Positions 1-8,491 of a stretch of DNA of 64,000 nt are shown here, one piece after another (the first letter of the stretch is position 1; the number at the start of each line of letters is the position of its first letter). The notes below the pieces were generated by a model, which was given only the letters and a program-made list of their open reading frames with translations, was not told the origin of the DNA and did no database searches. Both the position numbers and the translations under genes were made by a program. The stretch is from Candidatus Pelagibacterales bacterium (GTDB lineage Bacteria > Pseudomonadota > Alphaproteobacteria > Pelagibacterales > AG-422-B15), in the NCBI GenBank assembly GCA_028412835.1, contig JAONQW010000005.1, forward strand, positions 7,235-71,234. Direction: 5' to 3'.

Positions 1-64
1 TATTGATCTGACTAAAAAACCCCTGACCTACAGTTCCAAAACCAGCAATACCTATATTCCTCAT
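1..64 (-). CDS. hom: homoserine dehydrogenase, 5' end only (runs off window)
   Basis: Not in ORF track. Minus strand from ATG at 64 reads MRNIGIAGFGTVGQGFFSQIN, a Rossmann GIAGFGTVG start typical of homoserine dehydrogenase; ATGA overlap with upstream stop; GGTGG SD-like sequence upstream. Only 21 codons visible. Confidence 0.7.
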   Translation of the reverse strand, partial: MRNIGIAGFGTVGQGFFSQIN

Positions 65-285
65 TCTAATCCACCTTCTGGAACACTTTCTAAATCCACT
101 TTTTCATCACTGATTGATATATCTTCAGAATAGTCCTCAAACTCTACTTCGACATAGTCTGGATTAACAAAAGTCTTATAAAAAGAAAATGGTTCTCTAT
201 TATTCATTTTAGTACAAGCACTTGTTAGAAAAATTAGTGCAAACAAAAATGAGCTTATAAATATTTTTTTATAGAATATTGGCAT
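61..285 (-). CDS. small putative lipoprotein of unknown function
   Basis: KK + hydrophobic stretch + lipobox-like LTSA-C, acidic mature part; overlaps argC stop and hom start. Confidence 0.6.
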   Translation of the reverse strand: MPIFYKKIFISSFLFALIFLTSACTKMNNREPFSFYKTFVNPDYVEVEFEDYSEDISISDEKVDLESVPEGGLE

Positions 286-1309
286 TATTAGTTAAAGCAG
301 TTGTTTCATTAAATTCATTCATTAAGTTAAAGTTCTGCATTGCTTGACCAGCAGCTCCTTTTAATAAATTATCTATAACCGACACTATACACAATAAATC
401 ATCCTTGTACCCTCTTTTCACTCCAATTGAGACTCTATTAGAACCAACGACTTCTCGAGTCGCGGGAACTTCGTTCAATGGCAGAAGTGATATAAAATTT
501 TCATTTACAAATGATTTTTCTAAACAATCATATATTTCGTTCTGTTTATTTGCATCAATAGTTAAATAAATATTCGACAATATACCTCTATTTACAGGTA
601 TCAAATTTGCACTAAAGAAAACATTGATTGGGTATCCACTAGCTATTGAAAGCTCCTGATTAATCTCAGCAATGTGTCTATGATCACCAATTCCATAAGA
701 TTTTATATTTTCATTAACTTCAGCAAATATGTTTTCAGTTTTTTTCGATTTTCCAGCACCTGAGTAGCCCGACTTAGAGTCGATAATAATATTATTGTTA
801 TTAATTACTTTATTTTTTAAAAGTGGAATCAACGGCATTAAGATACTTGTTGGATAGCAGCCAGGATTAGCAATATATTTTGCAGATCTAATCTTATCTC
901 TATTAAATTCTGTTAGTCCATAAACAAACTCACTTAATCTATCTGGATGAGTATGTTTAAAGTCATACCATTTTTCATAATCATCTGATTTTTTAAGTCT
1001 AAAATCAGCAGATAAATCAATAATCTTAACTGTCTCTGGAATTTTATGTAAACTTGCTTGTAATTCAGCGTGGGGCAAACAACTAAAAATAAAATCTATA
1101 TTGGTAAAGTTCATTTCATCTAATTTGCTAAACTTTAGATCTAGAGTATCTCTTAAGCCAGGTATAGCCTTAGATACGTGCTCTCCAGCAGTTTCATTTG
1201 CAGATAAAGATTGGATTTTAATATTTGGATGCTTTAGACATAAATGAATCATTTCTGATCCTACGTAACCACTCGCACCTAAAATTGATATATTTATAAA
1301 ATTTGACAT
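269..1309 (-). CDS. argC: N-acetyl-gamma-glutamyl-phosphate reductase
   Basis: GASGYVG, IDLSADFRL, ANPGCYPT, DNLLKGAAGQA motifs; rplM-rpsI-argC order. Confidence 0.97.
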   Translation of the reverse strand: MSNFINISILGASGYVGSEMIHLCLKHPNIKIQSLSANETAGEHVSKAIPGLRDTLDLKFSKLDEMNFTNIDFIFSCLPHAELQASLHKIPETVKIIDLSADFRLKKSDDYEKWYDFKHTHPDRLSEFVYGLTEFNRDKIRSAKYIANPGCYPTSILMPLIPLLKNKVINNNNIIIDSKSGYSGAGKSKKTENIFAEVNENIKSYGIGDHRHIAEINQELSIASGYPINVFFSANLIPVNRGILSNIYLTIDANKQNEIYDCLEKSFVNENFISLLPLNEVPATREVVGSNRVSIGVKRGYKDDLLCIVSVIDNLLKGAAGQAMQNFNLMNEFNETTALTNNANIL

Positions 1310-1352
1310 TTATTGTCAGCCTTAAAAAAATAGAGATATAATTAATGTAAAG

Positions 1353-1814
1353 TTATCTTTTAGAGAATTGGTAGCGTCTACGTGCTTTTGCTCTACCATA
1401 TTTTTTTCTCTCAACGATTCTTGCATCTCTGGTTAAAAAACCTTCAGATTTTAAAGAAGCTCTTAAGTTTGGATCAAAAAGTGTAAGAGCTTTTGATATA
1501 CCATGACGCACAGCACCTGCTTGACCTGACAATCCACCACCACTTACTGTTATCATCATATCCATTGAAGATGATTTATTTGTTAATACTAGGGGCTGAT
1601 TAATTACCATGTGGAGCACGGGTCTAGTAAAGTATTTATTGCTCTCTTTGCCATTTACTATAATTTTGCCTGTACCTGCGGATAACCAAACTCTTGCTAT
1701 AGAATTTTTTCTTTTTCCAGTTGCATAAGATCTGCCTAAGCTATCTATCTTAGGTTGTACATCAATTACTTCTGATGCTGCTTGTACTTCTGGCATGATT
1801 TCAGTATTTTCCAT
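1353..1814 (-). CDS. rpsI: 30S ribosomal protein S9
   Basis: [27 protein letters not shown]-terminal QFSKR. Confidence 0.99.
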   Translation of the reverse strand: MENTEIMPEVQAASEVIDVQPKIDSLGRSYATGKRKNSIARVWLSAGTGKIIVNGKESNKYFTRPVLHMVINQPLVLTNKSSSMDMMITVSGGGLSGQAGAVRHGISKALTLFDPNLRASLKSEGFLTRDARIVERKKYGRAKARRRYQFSKR

Positions 1815-1816
1815 AA

Positions 1817-2281
1817 TTATAACATTTCACTAATATTTAATAGTTCAGGTGCTTGAGCTTCATGAGGATGATTGCTACCAGCATAAACTTTCATATTTGA
1901 CAGCTGAACACTGCCTAATGGTCCTTTTGGTATCATTCTTTTAACAGCCATTCTTATAACTCTATCGGGAAATTTACCTTCAATAATTTGACGAGCAGTT
2001 CTGCTCTTAATTCCACCTGGATGGCCTGTGTGCCAGTAATAAATCTTGTCGTCTAGTTTTTTTCCAGTAAATTTGACCTTTTCAGCATTTATAATAATCA
2101 CATGGTCTCCACAGTCTGCATGTGGTGTAAAAGAAGGTTTATGTTTGCCTCTTAAAATCATTGAAACTTTTGAAGCCAGTCTTCCTAAGACAATGCCGTC
2201 TGCATCAATAAGAATCCACTTCTTATCAACATCTTCTTTACGAAGCGATGAAGTTTGTTTGATTATTTTACTAGTAGCCAT
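1817..2281 (-). CDS. rplM: 50S ribosomal protein L13
   Basis: [34 protein letters not shown]. Confidence 0.99.
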   Translation of the reverse strand: MATSKIIKQTSSLRKEDVDKKWILIDADGIVLGRLASKVSMILRGKHKPSFTPHADCGDHVIIINAEKVKFTGKKLDDKIYYWHTGHPGGIKSRTARQIIEGKFPDRVIRMAVKRMIPKGPLGSVQLSNMKVYAGSNHPHEAQAPELLNISEML

Positions 2282-2287
2282 GCGGAT

Positions 2288-2316
2288 GTATTAGTTGTTT
2301 CTAGCTTTATTGTCAA
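2288..2316 (-). promoter_or_regulatory. sigma70-type promoter of rplM-rpsI (probably leaderless)
   Basis: TTGACA-N17-TAATAC followed by 6 nt then ATG. Confidence 0.7.
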
Positions 2317-2411
2317 TTATTTAAATAAAACAATATCTTGAATATAAGGTACAATAATACCTTATTTATTAGCAATATATGCTTTACTTATAAACATTAT
2401 TAAAATATGAA

Positions 2412-2456
2412 TAGTTTGTCGATTTGATGCAGCTTGCGGACACTAACAGCTAAGCC
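2412..2456 (+). ncRNA. SAM-II (SAM-II/SAM-V family) riboswitch aptamer
   Basis: P1 TAGT(TT)GTC/GACACTA, conserved GATTTG loop, CTTGC pairing with GCTAAG pseudoknot strand; directly upstream of metY. Confidence 0.85.
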
Positions 2457-2459
2457 ATG

Positions 2460-2488
2460 AAACCGCCGTGTATGTGCGGTTTTTTTTT
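2460..2488 (+). terminator. intrinsic terminator, riboswitch expression platform
   Basis: AAACCGC-9 nt-GCGGTTT hairpin with T run to 2488, between aptamer and metY SD. Confidence 0.85.
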
Positions 2489-2531
2489 GCAGAAAATTCG
2501 ATTGCTTTAATTAATATAAAAGGAGATCGAA

Positions 2532-3845
2532 ATGTCTAACAATAAATTTAAACCTAATGAATCAGCTCATCCTGAAACCCTTGCCTTACATGGTGGCGAT
2601 TACAGGTCTGATCCAACTACAACTGCTGTAGCAGTTCCAATATACCAAACTACTTCATATCAATTTAATGATACCGAGCATGCAGCAAATTTATTTGCTC
2701 TGAAAGATTTTGGGAATATTTACTCAAGAATTATGAATCCAACTTTAGATGTTCTTGAAAAAAGAATAGCTGCACTTGAAGGTGGTGTTGGAGCTTTGGC
2801 CCTAAGTTCAGGACAATCTGCATCTGCTATCAGTGTTCAAAATTTAGCCCGCGCAGGAGATAATATTGTTTGTTCAACCGATGTATATGGTGGAACATTT
2901 AATCTTTTTTCCAATACCTTAAAAGATCAAGGTATCGAGGTTAGATTTGCAGACCCTAGTGATCCAGAAAATTTCAGAAAACTTACTGATGATAATACAA
3001 GAGCATACTATGGAGAGAGCTTGCCTAATCCTAAGCTTAAAGTTTTTCCCATTAAGGAAGTTGCAGATATTGGTAAAGAATTTAATATTCCACTAATAAT
3101 AGATAATACTTCAGCGCCAGTAATATGTAAGCCAATAGAACATGGTGCTGCTATTGTAATACATTCACTAACCAAGTTTATAGGAGGCCATGGAACTTCT
3201 ATAGGTGGGATTATTATAGATAGTGGTAAATTCGATTGGTCGAAAGATCCAAAAAGATCTCCAACTCTAAATGAACCAGACAATAGCTATCATGGCGCTG
3301 TATGGACTGAAGCAACTAAGCCTCTTGGACCTATCGCATACATAATTAGGGCTAGAGTGGTTCTATTGAGAGATATTGGATCAAGTCTGTCGCCATTTAA
3401 TGCTTTCCAAATTATTCAAGGCCTTGAAACTCTAAGTCTTAGAATTGAAAGACATTGTGAAAATGCAGCCAAAGTTGCTGATTATTTATCAAATCATAAT
3501 AAAGTTGATAAAATCATATATGCAGGTAAAGCTGAAGGTGTAGCTGCAGAAAGGTCTGAAAAATACTTAAGCGGCGGTTATGGTGCCTTAATTGGATTTG
3601 AAGTAAAATCTGGCAAAGAAGGTGGGCAAAAATTTATTGAAAATCTAAGTATGCTTTATCATGTTGCAAACATAGGTGATTCAAGAAGTCTGGCTATACA
3701 TCCAGCATCCACAACTCACTCACAACTATCCGAATCTGACATGAAAGCTGCAGGAGTTAATCCAAATTATATCAGGTTATCAATTGGACTTGAGCATATT
3801 GACGATATTCTTTCTGATATTTCAAATGCTCTAGACTCAATTTAG
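2532..3845 (+). CDS. metY: O-acetylhomoserine aminocarboxypropyltransferase (sulfhydrylase)
   Basis: PIYQTTSY, YSRIMNPT, HSLTKFIGGHG (PLP Lys), HVANIGD, IRLSIGLE; AGGAG SD. Confidence 0.95.
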   Translation: MSNNKFKPNESAHPETLALHGGDYRSDPTTTAVAVPIYQTTSYQFNDTEHAANLFALKDFGNIYSRIMNPTLDVLEKRIAALEGGVGALALSSGQSASAISVQNLARAGDNIVCSTDVYGGTFNLFSNTLKDQGIEVRFADPSDPENFRKLTDDNTRAYYGESLPNPKLKVFPIKEVADIGKEFNIPLIIDNTSAPVICKPIEHGAAIVIHSLTKFIGGHGTSIGGIIIDSGKFDWSKDPKRSPTLNEPDNSYHGAVWTEATKPLGPIAYIIRARVVLLRDIGSSLSPFNAFQIIQGLETLSLRIERHCENAAKVADYLSNHNKVDKIIYAGKAEGVAAERSEKYLSGGYGALIGFEVKSGKEGGQKFIENLSMLYHVANIGDSRSLAIHPASTTHSQLSESDMKAAGVNPNYIRLSIGLEHIDDILSDISNALDSI

Positions 3846-3850
3846 TCTAG

Positions 3851-3891
3851 TTTTGATCGAGCAAAGCTTTTAGAGTTTTGCTCGGACAAAA
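3851..3891. repeat. inverted repeat between convergent metY and ctaA
   Basis: CGAGCAAAGC / GTTTTGCTCG stem (3858-3867, 3875-3884), extendable outward; no U tract on either strand. Confidence 0.55.
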
Positions 3892-4910
3892 TTCAAATAA
3901 GAGTGAAGATAGACTAAGCTCATAAAAATAAATATTGAGTTTCCTTGATGAAGTAATGCAAGGTGCCAAGGTATATTAAAAAATGTCATGAATATTCCTA
4001 ATAGCATCTGTATAATAAATAAAATATCTAAAATTAATATTATAGTCCTATATTTAAATAAGAATTCTTTAGTAAATATTCGATAGTTAATGATTATAAG
4101 AACTACTGTAAGCACTGCTGCAAAAGTTCGGTGAAAGAAAATTATAAAGTCTCCATTTTCAAAAAAATTTGCTAGAAAAGAATCTTTTTCAAAAATATTT
4201 ATAGGAATTATATTCTCATTATAATTAGGCCATGTATTGTATAGTAATCCAGAATGTGTTCCTGAGACATATGCACCATAAAATATTTGAAAAAAAGTAA
4301 AAACTAAAAGTAATAAAAAAAATTTATTTTCATTTTTTTCTTCTTTTGAAACAAATACATTGTTATTTAGCATGTTTTTTTTGACATAAAATCTTAAAGT
4401 TACACCAAGTATTAAGAAGGCAGTAATTAAATGAAAACTTAGTCTATATTGACTAACATCTACTCTATCTACAAGTCCACTTTTTACCATATACCAGCCT
4501 ATCACTGCTTGCATCATACCAAGTAAACCAATAGTAATTATGTATAAAAGATCAGATTTAATTACTAATTTTTTATAAACTAAATAAATTAGTGGAAATA
4601 CAAAAACTAACCCTATGAATCTTGCGAAGAACCTATGAAACCACTCCCAAAAATAAATAAATTTAAATTCTTCAAGAGTCATTAAGCTATTAACTAGTTT
4701 AAATTCGTCAATCAATTTATATTTATTAAACTCTATTTCCCAGGCACTTTGTGATAATGGAAATAACACACCAGTGATAGGCTTCCACTCAGTAATTGAT
4801 AGTCCAGAGTCAGAAATTCTTGTATACCCTCCAATTAATATAATAGCTATTACACACAATATAAGTGAGATTAACCATAAAGAAAATATATTGATTTTAT
4901 TGGATATCAT
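3870..4910 (-). CDS. ctaA: heme A synthase (COX15/CtaA type 2)
   Basis: GGYTRISDSGLSITEW, EWFHRFFAR, GWYMVKSGL, RLSFHL, HRTFA, LLHQ. Confidence 0.95.
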   Translation of the reverse strand: MISNKINIFSLWLISLILCVIAIILIGGYTRISDSGLSITEWKPITGVLFPLSQSAWEIEFNKYKLIDEFKLVNSLMTLEEFKFIYFWEWFHRFFARFIGLVFVFPLIYLVYKKLVIKSDLLYIITIGLLGMMQAVIGWYMVKSGLVDRVDVSQYRLSFHLITAFLILGVTLRFYVKKNMLNNNVFVSKEEKNENKFFLLLLVFTFFQIFYGAYVSGTHSGLLYNTWPNYNENIIPINIFEKDSFLANFFENGDFIIFFHRTFAAVLTVVLIIINYRIFTKEFLFKYRTIILILDILFIIQMLLGIFMTFFNIPWHLALLHQGNSIFIFMSLVYLHSYLNFVRAKL

Positions 4911-4926
4911 CTTTAAGTATCACCAT

Positions 4927-5130
4927 ATGATTAAATTCAAAAAAATACTTAGCATTATTTTATTTTTAATTTTAACATTCATTTATATCTTATTAGTTAT
5001 GGCTTTTTTACAAAAATTCAACAATACTTGGATTCTAAATAATTGGATATTAGAATTACTAATATACTTTATTTTAGGAAATTTATGGATATTTCCATCA
5101 ATGTACATATTAAAACCGTTTAAAAAATAA
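4927..5130 (+). CDS. small membrane protein, DUF2842-like
   Basis: Two hydrophobic segments with ELLIYFILGNLWIFP; divergent from ctaA as typical; start moved to ATG 4927 to avoid ctaA overlap. Confidence 0.65.
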   Translation: MIKFKKILSIILFLILTFIYILLVMAFLQKFNNTWILNNWILELLIYFILGNLWIFPSMYILKPFKK

Positions 5131-5131
5131 A

Positions 5132-5419
5132 ATGAAAAAAAAATTTAATAACTTAAAAGATGTAAGAAATGCTATTGATAAATTAGATGACAAAATACTA
5201 CCTCTAATGATTAAAAGATCTCAGCTTGTTGAAAATGCATTGGAATTAAAAAAACTAAAATCACAAATCAGAGACCCTAAAAGAATTAAAATAATTCTTG
5301 ATAAGATAGAAAAAAATTCTAAAAATTCTGAGGTTGACAAAAAGCTTCTCCGTAATATTTGGAGATCGATGATCGAGTGCTATATCGATTTCGAAAAAAA
5401 CGAATTTAAAAAAAGATAG
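5132..5419 (+). CDS. chorismate mutase type II (AroQ-like)
   Basis: LKDVRNAIDKLDDKI..R..K..IRDPKR. Confidence 0.85.
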   Translation: MKKKFNNLKDVRNAIDKLDDKILPLMIKRSQLVENALELKKLKSQIRDPKRIKIILDKIEKNSKNSEVDKKLLRNIWRSMIECYIDFEKNEFKKR

Positions 5420-5426
5420 TAGCTAG

Positions 5427-5618
5427 CTACTTGCTGTGAGGTGGTAGTTTTTTTTCAACAAACCATTCGTGCTTCATAGTTGCAGGATTATATTTTTTCA
5501 TTCTAAGCTTTTCTTTAGCCTTCTCGCCTGCAGTTGGTTTTTTTGCATAATAATAAAACTTGCTGTCAGTTTTTTCCTCAGGAACGAGTCTTATTTTTAC
5601 TGTTGATTTTTTAGCCAT
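5427..5618 (-). CDS. rpmG: 50S ribosomal protein L33 (Zn-free, extended)
   Basis: KIRLV..YYYAKK..KLRMKKYNP..KHEWFVEKK. Confidence 0.92.
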   Translation of the reverse strand: MAKKSTVKIRLVPEEKTDSKFYYYAKKPTAGEKAKEKLRMKKYNPATMKHEWFVEKKLPPHSK

Positions 5619-5627
5619 TTTATTATT

Positions 5628-6071
5628 TTACTTTGAACTTATTTTATTTTGTAATTCAACAAGATTTTGCATTACATCCATAAGTTTTTTTCTTTTAGTG
5701 TTACTTAATGATTCAACTGATCTTAAGTTAATATTTTGCTCAGAAGTATAGTTATTTTCATTATCTGTAAAGGTTTTTTGTTGAGCCTTTATATTAGCTT
5801 TATTGTTGCTGAAAAGTATATTTTTAGAGCCATTTTCTTTTATCACTTTTTGTACACCCCTAATAGTATATCCATCCTTATATAGAAGATTTTTAATCCC
5901 TTTAAGTAAATCTACATCTTCTGGTCGATAATATCTTCTTCCGCCACCTCTTTTTATAGGTTTGATTTGAGCAAACTTAGTTTCCCAAAACCTTAATACA
6001 TGCTGCGGTAGAGAAAGGTCTTTAGATACCTCACTGATTGTTCTAAATGCCTCAGGTGATTTTATGGCCAT
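5628..6071 (-). CDS. MerR family transcriptional regulator
   Basis: [30 protein letters not shown]; usual position after ihfA. Confidence 0.93.
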   Translation of the reverse strand: MAIKSPEAFRTISEVSKDLSLPQHVLRFWETKFAQIKPIKRGGGRRYYRPEDVDLLKGIKNLLYKDGYTIRGVQKVIKENGSKNILFSNNKANIKAQQKTFTDNENNYTSEQNINLRSVESLSNTKRKKLMDVMQNLVELQNKISSK

Positions 6072-6073
6072 AA

Positions 6074-6403
6074 TTACTCTTTGACCTCAGAGCTAGAGTT
6101 ATCATTCATTGAAAGATCGGAGACTTCAGATTTTAAAACATTAGAGGATCGAAACGTTACAACTTGTCTTGCAGTAATCGGAACCTCTTCACCAGTTTTA
6201 GGATTTCTTCCAATTCTTTCTTTTTTACTTCTAACAATAAATGTTCCAAATGATGATATCTTTACATCATGTCCATCTATTAAGCTTTTTGAAATTTCGT
6301 TAAATACTGAGTCAACTAGCATAGCAGACTCATTTCTAGATAATCCGACATTTCTATAAACAGCTTCACTTAGTGTTGATCTTGTGGTTGCGAATTTCTC
6401 CAT
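6074..6403 (-). CDS. ihfA: integration host factor alpha
   Basis: [23 protein letters not shown]; ATG at 6403 preferred over TTG at 6409. Confidence 0.95.
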   Translation of the reverse strand: MEKFATTRSTLSEAVYRNVGLSRNESAMLVDSVFNEISKSLIDGHDVKISSFGTFIVRSKKERIGRNPKTGEEVPITARQVVTFRSSNVLKSEVSDLSMNDNSSSEVKE

Positions 6404-6411
6404 ATGCAAAA

Positions 6412-6440
6412 ATTATATTTAAAAAAATATTTATTAACAA
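6412..6440 (-). promoter_or_regulatory. sigma70-type promoter of ihfA
   Basis: TTGTTA-N17-TATAAT, 8 nt before ATG. Confidence 0.6.
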
Positions 6441-6484
6441 TACTTTATTTAAATTATTTAATAAAAGATTAATTTTATATTTAT

Positions 6485-7519
6485 TTAATTGCTATGTTGT
6501 TTATCTATATTTTTCTTAATTTTATCATTAACATCATCTTTTATTAGCATATATATCAAATCAGCTGCATAGGCTATGCCTATATGATCTGAAGCTCCAT
6601 GACATTTAATAATAGGAGCATTAAGGCCAACAAATATTCCACAATTATGAACTCTAGGATCAAGTTTATCTTTAAGAGATGAGAGTGCAAAAGATGCTAA
6701 ATATGCTCCAAATTTTGACATGATCGAACTATTAAGGGCATTTCTCAAAAAGACTTGTATCATTCTGGCCGTGCCTTCAGCGGTTTTAAGAGCAACATTG
6801 CCTGTAAAGCCATCAGTTATTACAACATTTGTAACACCTCTTGAAATATCATTTCCTTCTATAAAACCGTAGTAATTGATTAATCCTCTCTTGCTCAAAG
6901 ACTGAAGTTCTTGTGAAGTTTTTTGCAAAATATCATTGCCTTTACTGTCTTCTTTGCCGATGTTAAGCAATCCAACAGAAGGATTGTTTATTTTTAACAA
7001 TACCGATGCAAGACTTGCTCCGAGAATAGCATTATCAACTAAATACTGACTATCTGACTTGATGTTTGCACCAAGATCTAAAACAATAGATTCACCATTT
7101 ATATTTGGCCATATAGATGCAATTGAAGGTCTTTTTATCGATTCTAAAGTTTTTAAATTTAATAATGATAGGGCCATCAAAGCACCCGTATTTCCACAAG
7201 ATAAAACTGCCATCGAATCTGAACTCTTTACAGAGTCAATTGATCTGAACATTGAGGAATTTTTTTTAGCTTTTATAATATCACTTGGCTTATCAGTCAT
7301 TTTAACCATTTCATTACAGTCAATAATTTCAATATTCTGCTTTAACTCAATATATTTACTTAATTCATTATTTATTTCATAGCTTGGACCAAATAATCTA
7401 AAATAATAGTTATCATTTCTTAAAAAAGAATTGTTTAACCCTTTTATTATATTTTCTATAGAAGTTTCACTGCCTAACATATCAATAGAAATCTTTATAT
7501 AATTATCTTTTTCAATCAT
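6485..7519 (-). CDS. plsX: phosphate acyltransferase
   Basis: SCGNTGALM, LDLGAN, LLNIGKE, TDGFTGNVALKTAEG, KCHG. Confidence 0.96.
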   Translation of the reverse strand: MIEKDNYIKISIDMLGSETSIENIIKGLNNSFLRNDNYYFRLFGPSYEINNELSKYIELKQNIEIIDCNEMVKMTDKPSDIIKAKKNSSMFRSIDSVKSSDSMAVLSCGNTGALMALSLLNLKTLESIKRPSIASIWPNINGESIVLDLGANIKSDSQYLVDNAILGASLASVLLKINNPSVGLLNIGKEDSKGNDILQKTSQELQSLSKRGLINYYGFIEGNDISRGVTNVVITDGFTGNVALKTAEGTARMIQVFLRNALNSSIMSKFGAYLASFALSSLKDKLDPRVHNCGIFVGLNAPIIKCHGASDHIGIAYAADLIYMLIKDDVNDKIKKNIDKQHSN

Positions 7520-7527
7520 ATCTATAA

Positions 7528-8049
7528 TTAATTAAAGGAAAATAAATTATTAATATTGTCATCAAGTGTATTGCTATTAATATAATCAATGTTGCTGACA
7601 ATATAATTTTTCCAGAAATCAATACATTCAACTGATACTGTTTTTTCTTTATATATATTTCTTGAGATAGTTTCAGTCAACATAGTGTAATCACTAGTTT
7701 CATTGAACAAAAGAAAGCTTTTGCTGTAATTATCAATTCTTCCATAAAATGCTTTGATAAATTGTTTCATCCTCTTATTTACTGCAATATCTCCAAACCC
7801 CATTTCTCTTAAATTGCTATCAAAATCTGAGAACATATGATCAAAGAGTAATTGTGGTAATTTTGATTTACTCTTTCCAGTGCTAATAAAGTAATTAAAA
7901 ATTATAAACGAATGAAGCACAATAATATCAAAACGCCCTTCTACTGTATCATCTACTTTATAATCTAAAAAAAAACTCTTATTTCTAGAAGTTTTGACAA
8001 TATTCGTATAAATATTTTCTATTAATAATTTATTATTTAGTTTATGCAT
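7528..8049 (-). CDS. ubiquinol-cytochrome c chaperone (Cbp3 family)
   Basis: DTVEGRFD..LH, DSNLREMGFGDIAV.KRMK..AFYGR. Confidence 0.9.
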   Translation of the reverse strand: MHKLNNKLLIENIYTNIVKTSRNKSFFLDYKVDDTVEGRFDIIVLHSFIIFNYFISTGKSKSKLPQLLFDHMFSDFDSNLREMGFGDIAVNKRMKQFIKAFYGRIDNYSKSFLLFNETSDYTMLTETISRNIYKEKTVSVECIDFWKNYIVSNIDYINSNTLDDNINNLFSFN

Positions 8050-8061
8050 GTCCTATATATT

Positions 8062-8484
8062 ATGAAACTACCACAATTAATTCTAATTCTTTTGCTTTTT
8101 TTAGCAAGTTGTGCTCCAGTTATCAAGCCGCATGGTTATCAATTAGAAGAAATATTACTAAAAGAACCTCAAATAATAGGCACATCAACAAAAGATGATG
8201 TTTTAACCTCTTATGGTTCGCCGTCTATTAAGATTGAAGATGTTAGTAATACATGGTTATACCTTACATCTACAAAAGAAAAAAAGGTTTTTACAAAAGA
8301 TGAATTTCAAGAGCAGATAATATTTGCGTTCAATTTTAATGAGAAAAATATTTTAATATCACAAGAAGTATATGATAAGAATAATATTTTAAATATTAAG
8401 ATTGATGGTGACCAAACTTATAATTATGGAAGTAATTATGGAATATTAGATCAACTTTATGACGCGTTCACGCGTGGATTGTAA
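8062..8484 (+). CDS. bamE: outer membrane protein assembly factor BamE-like lipoprotein
   Basis: Lipobox LASC, HGY, TKDDVL..GSPS, WLY; divergent from cbp3; start set to ATG 8062. Confidence 0.8.
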   Translation: MKLPQLILILLLFLASCAPVIKPHGYQLEEILLKEPQIIGTSTKDDVLTSYGSPSIKIEDVSNTWLYLTSTKEKKVFTKDEFQEQIIFAFNFNEKNILISQEVYDKNNILNIKIDGDQTYNYGSNYGILDQLYDAFTRGL

Positions 8485-8491
8485 TCTTCTA

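Noticed and set aside
2344-2365. Possible dif site (arms around a 6-bp spacer)
   Set aside because: No TTATGTTAAA-like XerD arm; kept only as a candidate operator
5418-5431. Perfect 14-bp palindrome AGTAGCTAGCTACT at the convergent chorismate mutase/rpmG stops
   Set aside because: Partly forced by two opposed TAG stops, no loop or U tract; likely coincidental
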